Source: Rhizophagus irregularis (taxonomy: Eukaryota). From it: a stretch of 64,000 bases of DNA. Position 1 is the first letter of the stretch, and each line of letters starts with the position of its first letter. The notes beneath the pieces were generated by a model that made no database searches, was not told the origin of the DNA, and saw only the letters and a program-made list of their open reading frames with translations. The DNA lies in assembly GCF_026210795.1 (NCBI RefSeq), contig NC_089434.1, positions 4,154,001-4,218,000 of the forward strand, given 5' to 3'. Positions 53,371-64,000 of this stretch are shown piece by piece. The position numbers were made by a program, and so were the translations under genes.

Positions 53371-55571
53371 TGAATTTTTCAGTTTTCCTTTTCTTTTTTA
53401 TAAGACAAACGAATTATTTACACATTACAATTTGCTTTTGTTTATTTTATTTAATTACAGTAAAGGAAAATTAATTTTATGTAACAATTTCATCGTAGAT
53501 CGTACTCATCAATTTTCCGAAACATTTTCATTGATTAAGGAATTATGTTAATCACTAATGTTTTCAGCGAAATGACGCCCATTCAGTACCGAATGTGTAA
53601 CTTACCAGTTGTGCTACGAAAAAAAAAAGAAATGTAACATTTTTTCACATTTACTTGTTAAATAAATGTATTAGGATTCAATCAGTATAGTACATTAAAA
53701 TAATTATAGCGTTAAATTAATTAGTGAAAAAAGAAACTATTAACCGAAGTTAAGATCATTACTATTTGTTAAAAACAATTACCAGATATTAAAAGCATTT
53801 ATGCAACAATACAATCAATAATTACGCTGAACGTAAATTTTAAAATTTTGAAACGCTTATTTTATGCCCAGTAAAAAATATGCGAAGGTTTTATTATAGA
53901 AGACTTTTCCTATCGAAATTGTAAAAAAAAAAAATAATAATTTCAGTTTCTATATAAAAATATAAAATATTCATTCTCTTATTAAATTTCAAAAACTTTT
54001 TCCTGTATTATTTCTGTAAATTTATAAACTTTTAAAATTCACTTCTTAAAGGAGATTTTTCAAAATTGAGTCATCATGTTTCAAAGAGACACTATAAAGC
54101 TGATTCAACTTTGAGCTATTTTAGAAATAATTAAATTTTGGTTTCGGCCTATTTTTAAAAACTACCATCAAAGAAATTTTTTAACCTATTTTTTTGGTAT
54201 TTCGTCAGAGATATGATTATGAAATCGGCACGCAGATCTGATAAGAAAGATTTTTTTTAATTGATTTACCGGAATTTAGTTTACCTGGTTGAAGGTTAAT
54301 ATTTGAAAACAATCAGGAACTTCACGTGCACAAACATAAATAAAGTATCGATCCTACTTTAATGCATTGTCACGTGATGCACTTACAGTTGACTCCTGAA
54401 TATATGCAGTTAATCGATCAATTTGCGTGATCATTAGAATAAAATAAATAAAACAAATATCAAATTGCGTGATCTTTAGAATAAAATAAATAAAATAAAT
54501 CAATTTGTGTGAATATTTAGAATACTTTATTATACAAAATTTATTTATTAAATCATAAATATATGTACTATATGTATTATAATTATTAATTTATTAAGTA
54601 TATAAATAGTGAAGTTATAAAAGGATTTATAATATTTTTTATCGTTTGATATTTATAATTTCTCAGTTTAATGAGGCATTTCTTATTCTATAATCCGTTC
54701 AACACTACAAACTCCGCCATCGCATGATTTTTATTATCTCATAATTTTTTTAAAAAAAATAATCAAAAATTTATTCGTTTAAAGTTCTTTCAATTACAAA
54801 AAAAAAATTGAAAAATAATTCATCTGAGTTACACAAAAACATATTAATTTGGTGATATGCAGATTAAAGTAGTAATAAATAGAGTGTGATTTAAATAAAA
54901 GTATGGGATTTAGACACGGCTACACGCTGCGGCTGCGCCAATATATGCATAACCCTTCTTTGTTTCCATTTTTCATAAGTATCGATACCCCCTGCAGGTT
55001 GATGAAAAAAAGGGATATTTTGACGAGGCATATTATGTGAAAAAAAAAGGGATATTTTGACGAGGTAAAAAAAATGTATCAAATTTTACAAGACTCTTTA
55101 CTAGTTCGTTAATTGTAATCAAAAGCAATTACTTATTCCCCTTCGTAGAACGAGCAGTAAAAATGTGCATATAGCTAACGTAAATAGTTCAAATTATAAG
55201 TCCAAGTTAAAAACATATTGTCATAAAAAGTCGAAGATTTTTTTTTTTTACTGTGCATTTTCTTTGTTCAAATTATCTACCGTACACAAAATCGTGGCGC
55301 ATGTACAAATATGATTTAACTATGTGACAGAAATATGTGACAAATATAAATGAAAATTAGAGTGGCGCGATTTTTCATTTTTTCGCGTAAGAAAAAATAT
55401 TTTATTGTTTTATTTGGTTCCTTAGAAAGAATAATACACTAGAAAGAAAAATATTCTAAAAAGAAAAATATACTAGAAAAAAAAACCCCCGCCAAATTTT
55501 TTTTTTCCCGCCCAAATATATTTTTTCTTACAAAAAGAAAATTGCACCAGACATAAAAGAAAAAACTATAT

Positions 55572-56030
55572 TCAAAAAAAATTTTCGACAAATGCATCGG
55601 TTTGTTCTACTTGTTCCGAAATATTTTCAACGTCGTTATAGTCGGGCGCAGCAATATAATTTTTTTTAGTAATTATACGTGAGAGCCTTCTAATGTGTTT
55701 TCGCTTATGATGCTTTCCGAATATGTCGATTAATTTCCTTTGCAGAAATGACCATTTTCGCTTATAACACTTTCCGAATTCTCGTCTTAATTTCATTTTC
55801 CATTTCGTGTCTCTTTCACAATTCCTGTGGCATTTTACCCAATTGCGGATATATTCCAGTTCGTTGGTATTGAACTTCGCGACAAGCGCTTGATTACGTC
55901 TTTGTTTACTAGATTGACGATTTATATTAAGAAACGAAATAAGATATTTTTTTTAAAAAAAAAAAACTTTTAGAATAACTTACAGTAGTCTTTTGAACGT
56001 TTTGACACGAAATTCATCTAGATTCGACAT
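55572..56030 (-). CDS. Two-exon gene, 127-aa basic protein, possibly Myb/SANT-like
   Basis: ATG 56030; exon 1 56030-55984; intron GTAAG..CTAG 55983-55909; exon 2 55908-55572 stays in frame; FNTNELEYIRNWV..KW..FGK..KW spacing. Confidence 0.55.
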
Positions 56031-58069
56031 TGTTCGTTAAAAATAAAAAAGTGATTATTTCTTGTATAGGTGAAATGATAAAAATGTTAATGAAAAAGTT
56101 TTTTTTTAAAAAAAAAAAAATTACAGAAATGCGTCAAGAACTTTTGAATATATACTTATCGTCAAATCATAATTACCATATTTGTAAACAAAAAAGTTCG
56201 ATACCTAAATTATTATTATTTATTGTATATATTTATGAAGATTAAATTAAAAGTTATTTTGTGTAATGTAATTAATAATTAATATTTTGGGGTACAAGAC
56301 ATTTCCGAATTCGTTCTAATAAATGAACATGTAAAAAAAAAAAGAACCTCATCTTTAAAGTTCAGGCGGATCACATGTTCCGACAAGTTATTATACAAGT
56401 TATAGTAAAAAAATAGCAAATTTTTTTTTTTGTGGAATATAACATATGGTCATGTTATGCATATTTGTTGATAGTTGTTCCAAGCAAACACATTCCATGA
56501 GACGAAATTTGGACTAGCGATTATTATCTTTTCTTACATACGAAAGCAAAATTTTTAGCTGTTTGATTAAAAGATAACAGATAAAACCACGATGAAAACA
56601 TCCGTGAGAAGTAGTTGTGATCAACAGAAATGCACAAAGAAAGATCTTCATTAAACATGGAATTTTGGGGTTGTCAGAAAAAAAATTTTTTTCTTACAAT
56701 TTGGTTGGTTCACATTTTATCACACCAGAAAAACCAAGGTAAATATTTATTTTGCTTATTAATTATCTTTCCATAATTTAGGGGAAAAACGCATTATATT
56801 TCCTGTTTTTTAAAGAATTGATAAAAAAGTGATTTTGTGGTATTACATTTAATGCAAGCTGCGCATGGTAAAAATCTTGGTCTTGAAAGTGTCGCTCCGA
56901 GCTCCGATTACGATTTTAATTCTATTTTAACTATTTTAATAATTTATTAGTTATTCAATTCATTTAGTTTATTTTATAATTTCTTATTTAGAAATTACTC
57001 GTAGATCGTTTAAAAATATTAATATCATATAAGTTAAAAAAGTTAAAAAAAAATAAATGAAATAAAATAAATTATTAAAATTTTTTTTTTTGAACATTTC
57101 GTCATTGTTGAAAAATTTGATAGGTTCCGCTTCAAGTAATATAAATCGTGAAAGTATTACCAATCTTTTAACTTGTTCTTAGCTTTACTCCTTAAAATTT
57201 TAAATGTATTGTTTATTTATATTGACAAAGAATAAAAAAATTAAATATGTACTTCGGAAAAATTTTTTGTTGATCTTTTTTTAGTAAACACGGTTGAGAA
57301 AATTTTTAAGTTTAGCGTAGTTTTAAAAAAAAATTTTTTAGCGTAAATTTTTTTTTCTTTTTTTTTTATTAGATTATTTTTTTATAAAATAAAAAATTTT
57401 TTTTTATTAATAAAAATAAAAAATTTCTTTTTTTTAATATAGGTAAAGATTTTCTTTGTTAGAATTTCTTTCGGAATTTTTTTTGATAAAAAATTCCGTT
57501 AGATGAGTTAGATGATTTTTTTGTTGATAGGAATTTAGAGTTTTTTTTTGATATTTATTTTTTTATTTTTATTTTTTTTTTGATAGATAATTTCGTTAAG
57601 GAATTAAGATTTTTTTTTGACAAATAATTTCGTTGGGAAATTTTTTTTTAACAGGTAACATTTTTTTTTTTTTTTGATAGGAGTTTTTTTTGATGAATTT
57701 CATTGAAAATTTTATTTTTTTTATAGAAAAAATTCATTGGAGAATTTTTTAATAGCGAAGATTTTTTTTTTTTGATAAATTATCTCGTTAGAAATTTTTT
57801 TTAATTGAGGTGAGTTTTTTTTTTGACGAATTTCATTGAGAACTTTTTTTTATAGAAAATTCATTGGAGAATTTTAAGAATTTTTTTTTTTGATAGATCA
57901 TTTCGTTAGTAAATTTTTTAACAGGGCAAGAATAACCCTTAGAAATATTAAACAAAATCGAGTTTTGTAAAGAATCAGGAGCCGCAGGTAGTTAACAAAA
58001 CTATTTTCGGCTTTTCATATAGTTAATTTAGAATCTAAATCAATACTAAATGTTTAATTTCTATATAGA

Positions 58070-59203
58070 CTGAGTGAAAGATAAGCGTGTTCCATGGGTT
58101 TGATCCTCATCACTTCTTCTTTCTCGCCTCCTTCATCTTCGTATATAAGATCCACCTCTTCTTTCTCTGCTTCCTTCACTTTTGTATATAAGATCCACCT
58201 CTTCTTTCTCTGCCTCCTTCACCTTTGTATATAAGATCCACCTCTTCTTTCTCTGCCTCCTTCACCTTTGTATATAAGATCCACCTCTTCTTTCTCTGCC
58301 CCCTTCACCTTCGTATATAAGATCCACCTCTTCTTTCTCTGCCTCCTTCACCTTCTTATTATAAGATCCACCTCTTCTTTCTTTGCCTCCTTCACCTTCG
58401 TATACAAGATCCACCTCTTCTTTGCCCAGATCACCTTCGTATATAAGATCCACCTCTTCTTTCTCTGCCTCCTTCACCTTCGTATACAAGATCCACCTCT
58501 TCTTTGCCCAGATCACCTTCGTATATAAGATCCACCTCTTCTTTCTCTGCCTCCTTCACCTTCTTATTATAAGATCCACCTCTTCTTTCTTTGCCTCCTT
58601 CACCTTCGTATACAAGATCCACCTCTTCTTTGCCCAGATCACCTTCGTATATAAGATCCACCTCTTCTTTCTCTGCCTCCTTCACCTTCTTATTATAAGA
58701 TCCACCTCTTCTTTCTTTGCCTCCTTCACCTTCGTATACAAGATCCACCTCTTCTTTGCCCAGATCACCTTCGTATATAAGATCCACCTCTTCTTTCTCT
58801 GCCTCCTCCACCTTCTTATTATAAGATCCACCTCTTCTTTCTCTGCCTCCTTCACCTTCTTATTATAAGATCCACCTCTTCTTTCTTTGCCTCCTTCACC
58901 TTCGTATACAAGATCCACCTCTTCTTTGCCCAGATCACCTTCGTATATAAGATCCACCTCTTCTTTCTCTGCCTCCTTCACCTTCTTATTATAAGATCCC
59001 TTTCTTTGCCTCCTTCACCTTCGTATATAAGATTCTGCCTCCTTCACCTTCGCATATAAGATCTTTCTCTGTCCAGATCAGATTTCACATGTATTCACCC
59101 TATTTGGTTCCAAACACCAATTAATACTAATGTTGGAGAAAGTGCTCATGCGAATATAAACCGTGATGGTCGTGATCTTTCTCTTCTTTCTGGAATTGCT
59201 AGG
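58070..59203 (+). pseudogene. Transposase-like (Mutator-related?) C-terminal relic interrupted by the minisatellite
   Basis: KDKRVPWV before the array; IWFQTPINTNVGESAHANINRDG after it resembles the TNN-x-E-x-x-H catalytic-E motif. Confidence 0.45.
58115..59065. repeat. Pyrimidine-rich minisatellite, 43-bp monomer with 126-bp higher-order repeat
   Basis: AGATCC anchors from 58148 to 58994; spacings 43,43,43,43, then mostly cycles of 44/43/39. Confidence 0.95.
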
Positions 59204-61619
59204 TAAATATTATTTATTTTTATTTACAAGATTAAAAAATTCGATTTTTTTTTTTTAAAAAAAATTAATTTAATAACTTTATTTTTTAAAGAAGACGCGA
59301 TTTTGATAATAGACAGTGAGAGAGTGTACATATACATAAAAGTATAATGTTCCAGATTCCTATCGAAATAAATCAGAACTGTTTCAATCAAATCAAGGGT
59401 AACTGGTAACATCTTAATTATTTTTAATATATATATATATAAATTCTTAAATTCTAAATTCTAGCTAATATAATTTATATTTATATTTTATTATTATTTT
59501 AGAAAATGGGACATATAAGAATTAGAGACTTGGCTTCGGGACGCTATTATGCAAGGCGGAACTTGATGGTCACGAGTTTCGGATTCTCTGTTTAGTCGAA
59601 CAATTCGGATTGTTGGGTCACTTTGCTCTTTTGGACTTAGATTATCTTAAGACTTAACTCTCTGGGGAACTTACTCTTTGGGTTTAGGTTGGAGCATATG
59701 AAGGATCTTAGATACAGTTTTTAGATTAGTATTTTTGTTTTAATTTATTTTTCTTATTAATTGTATTGTTTCCTTTATGCAACTAGTAGTTTAGGTTTAT
59801 TTTATTGTATGATGTAATTAAAAATATCATTTTATTTAATAAAATTGAGCGTAAAGCTGTTTTGTATATAGAAAACAGACATTATAATCCTCAACTGTGG
59901 CAAAAAAAAACAATCGAAATTATTGATTTGGATGAAAATCCACGTCACATATTAACGTAAGTTTAGTTGTATCCGGTCGTATATTGTGAATAAAGAATAT
60001 TTTTAAGCAATACAGCATCAACGCCACGCCATTTGCTAATTTTTTAAAATTAATATTTGAATACTCATAAATCACAAATATATAAATTTTCTAACATTAT
60101 TTGAAATATATTATTGAACTGTTTGTTCATGCGCCGCTACTATTTTTTTTTATTTTTTTCATCGGCGGGGTTCATAGATCTAAATAAAAAACCATTTTTT
60201 CTTGTTATATTATATACAGTTTGATATGTCGCATTAATTGTACTGTTGATGTGCCTTAATTGCTGTCTTGCTTTTTTTATTTTTTTTCATCGAGGTTCAT
60301 AGATCTAAATAAAAAACCGTAAAGCTCTGGATCACGAGTTTCGATAATCGGTAAATCAGTTGGTGCCAGTAAAGTACCTTTGTCATGCGTTCTATTTGAT
60401 GTTAAAAAATTTAGAAAATCGTGTGGATTATGTTATTAATTGTAAATATGTAATTATAATTGATTTTAATTTTACATTACCATCGTTGCTACCATTATTT
60501 TACAACTTTTCCAATTCCTTTTTCAAGCAATTCTAACTTTCTATAGTAATCAAATTATTTGCTTCCTGATCTATTCCGTATTTATTATGGCGTTCTGATG
60601 GTGGTTGATCCGTAGAATGACCGCAGCAGATCGTATCGCCGAAAATTTTTTTTTTAAAAAAAAAAACTCCCCCGAAATGTTTTTTATATTTTTTCTTTAT
60701 AATCTATATGAATATATATATTTTTTTATATATCTGATATATAAATTGTTATTTGATGATCAGATCACGATATCTTTTTTTTATTACCAATTTTTTCCCT
60801 TACAATATTTTTTTTCGTTCCTTCGCCTTGAGATTAGTGAGCATACATTTTTTTTGCTATTATTTAAATAAAAATTCTGATTTATAATGAATTATTTCAG
60901 ATTTGATACGTGTACGACATACGACCTTAGTATAAGTCATCCACGTACATTAAAACCTCCACCTCCACCACCTCCCATTTTGAGTAGTTTAACCTGGTGT
61001 ATATGGAGATTCATTCATTTTTGTTTTTAAAATATGAAATATATTTTTAACTTTTTTTTTTAATATTTTTATGCATTATAATTTTTTGTGAAACTCGTAT
61101 TTTTTTTTGTGCAAAGTTATCATAAAACTTGTTTCAGGTTTTTTAAAAAAAGAAAATTTAACCTTATTTGATTGATTGATCGAAATTTTATGCATATGTT
61201 TGTAACTCAAAAAATATTTGATAAATTATTGGTATGTAAATTGTAAATAAAAAGTTTATTTATTTAAATTTGTTGAACAATTAAATAAATTAAAATAATA
61301 AGATAATTTTTTGTACAAATATAATTATTGTCTTTCAAATTAAAAATTTAACATTATATTGAGTTATGTTTAATTTTTTTTAAAAAAAAATTCCAAAGAA
61401 CATGATCATAGCTGTTCGCCAATATGTGATTTTATATTTTATAATAAATTGCGTATAGGATTTCTGATTTTAAATTTAGAAATTACAATTTTTTTATAAG
61501 ACAATACGCTCGTATCACAATAAGAAATCGTTAATATTATTACCTATGAAATAATATTTATTAGTGAAATTTATAACGAATAATATATAAATTTAAACTT
61601 GGGACAATTAATTTTTGAT

Positions 61620-61820
61620 TTATTAAATTTTAAGTCATGAATGAATACGCAAAAATTAAATTTTAAATTTAGAAACTATTAATTAATATTAAATTTTTAA
61701 GTCATGAATGAATACGCAAAAAATTAAATTTTAAAAACTAGAATAAATTCCTATTATAATAATTTTCACTTATTAAATTTTAAGTCATGAATGAATACAC
61801 AAAAATTAAATTTTTAAAAC
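61620..61820. repeat. Three spaced copies of a ~45-bp motif
   Basis: TAAGTCATGAATGAATAC at ~61632, ~61698, ~61781. Confidence 0.8.
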
Positions 61821-62100
61821 TATAATAAATTTCATTAATAATTTCTATCAACAACGATTCCAATATTGTGAAAATATCCCCCGTTGTGTATATTCATTAA
61901 ATGAAAGCGCAGTACTTAAATTATCAAATATTATTTGGGAGTTTGATTCAATTGCAGACAATCAGTCTTTTCTTCAAATTCCACTTAGGACTTTTTCCTC
62001 GTTCTTCCTTTTCTTCCATTATATTATTTATAATCAAGATAATTAAGAAGCAATGATTATAAATAAATAATTTTTATTATATTTGTGGTTCTAACGTTAC

Positions 62101-62248
62101 CGGCAAGACAAATGTCTCACCGATAATCATATCACTGACAAGGGAAATTTAGGATTAAAGAATTAGGGATTTGAATTAGGGTTAGGATAGGGTTAGCGAA
62201 TTAAGAAGGATATCAGTGAAATGATTGTCGGTGAAATGAAACTAGCCC
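62101..62248. mobile_element. Shorter relative of the telomere-core MITE at 28654
   Basis: TCTCACCGA/TCACTGACAAGGGAA-TTTAGGATT..TTAGGGTTAGG..TGTCGGTGAAATG. Confidence 0.7.
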
Positions 62249-64000
62249 ATTAAAAGAGAATTATTAAAAGAAAGTTGTTCTACTGGGCTTGTTGGCTTGT
62301 TTTAAATAAAAACGATTCAATGTTCGTACATTTGAATCTTACAATTCAATGCTCGTACATTTGAATCTTTTAACATTCATTTTATTGCAATTTATAAAAG
62401 AGTGAAAAATAAGCAATAAATAATAAGCTTTAATTAGCAATAGTATATTATATATGGTCTTAAGACTATCGCTAGACATTTTTAATTTTAATTTATAAAT
62501 GAATGAAATTCTTTGGGGATTAATTATAATTGGATTAAAGGAAGTAATAGGAATTAAATAATAAATTAAAGAAGAGTAATAAGACATAGTAATTTTTTTG
62601 ACTCTTCGGGTACTTTTGTTTTTTTGTTTTTTGTAAAAATAAAAAATATTGAAATATTTTTGCCATTTCTCTAGGAATTTTCAGAACCTTTTTATAAGAA
62701 AAAAAAATATATTTAACAATCATGCGATTCCATTTTGGGCGTAAAATAAAGCAAAAATTATTAATAAATAGATTAAATGCATTTTTTTCTTTGAACGGAA
62801 CATACGGAACATACATAAAACGCGTCAGATGTCAAGTACATTACACGACGTTACATAAAATAAATATGTCATTGCTTTTGTTATCGGCTTACGCCGGCTA
62901 TCTTTGCATTGGCTTGCGTAATTACCGCTTTATCTGACTTTCTGACTTTGTTATATAAATAATAGAAATTTATTTTTAGTAAATTTTTGAATGTAAAATT
63001 TTAAATTTTAAATTTATGAACAAAAACTTCGGATTAAAATTCCGATTACAAGTCCAAAAATGTACATTAACAAAGAAAAAATAAATGACTTTGATAAAGA
63101 AAAAAAAAGGAAATGATGTCATAATATATTATGCATTTTTTTCACTAAAAAAAAAAAGCTAAATAATTATAAAACTTTAATAGGCAAATTTATCACACGT
63201 GATATAATCAAAATTTATTTATGTATAAGAGTAGATAAGAGTACATATCCGTGATTAGATTATAATATAAAGAAAAGTCACATTAAATATAGCAGATCAT
63301 CGTTATTGTATGATCATCATACATACAAATTATCGAAAATTTATAGTACTGCTGAGTACAGCTATAAAAATAAAAGAATAAAAATTCAAAATTGTGTACT
63401 AAATTTTCTATTTTTTTTTCTTTTTTTTTCTTAAGAATAAAAAATAAAATAAAAAAAAATAAATTAACTAAATATGTTCATTTATTGAATACTTTTCTTT
63501 GATAAAATGCCCAATTTAGGTTCTTTATCTTTTATTAAAAAAAAAATTTTTATCTAAATAAATACTACAAAAGATGGCATATGATCAATTCTGAAACGCC
63601 AACATACATTGAAATTCTTAAAAAGTGTAATATTTTTTTGGAATTATCATTTAAAACATTTAAAACTTTAAAACCTGTTAGAAACAAGCAAAAAATTGAT
63701 TAACCTATTAAAGATTTTGAAAAAGTATATATATATATTTTTTTTTATTGTGTAAAATTGTAAAAATTCATTGTAAAAATTTTTTTTGCTATACATTTAT
63801 TCGTTTATTCGTTCATTCGTTTATTTTTATGTTTCACATAATTTTGTACCAATTATTCCATAATTAGATTAAAATAATCAACATACTGTATTTTTTTATA
63901 TATGAATAATTTTTTTTTAAATCACTTTTTAATCGTTCCTTTTACAGAAATTCATGTCTTAAATAAGTCTTATATAAATACGCCCTTGATGATCACATTG

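Noticed and set aside
54415..55070. Short local duplications (~42 bp x3; 24 bp x2), also at 60141-60318
   Set aside because: Ordinary slippage duplications with no further structure
58262..58981. Repetitive protein ORFs on both strands
   Set aside because: By-product of the 126-bp period; non-ATG starts

Overview
AT-rich eukaryotic DNA, not prokaryotic. The low GC, short GT-AG introns, RNase H-bearing LINEs, kinase and F-box/LRR relics and a fungal-type SF3B4 suggest a Glomeromycotina (Rhizophagus-like) fungus; this is inference. The window is mostly nested transposons. It holds a young full-length 8.0-kb LINE with an 18-bp TSD (4633-12653) inserted in an older antisense LINE, two more decayed LINEs, a near-intact hAT transposon (44192-46590, 8-bp TSD), a CCCTA/CACTA-type element, about ten MITEs and several tandem arrays. 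Only one plausible intact host gene was found, a spliced Myb-like ORF at 55572-56030. Most notable structures: (1) two inverted, intron-containing pseudogene copies of the splicing factor SF3B4/Hsh49, which bracket an apparent inversion that leaves the two halves of one Helitron RepHel gene on opposite strands; (2) a 2.3-kb unit bounded by directly repeated GC hairpins around a ~175-bp satellite; (3) a T-shaped double hairpin with GNA triloops; (4) MITEs with telomere-like cores. All calls come from reading and hand-translating the sequence; no searches were run.
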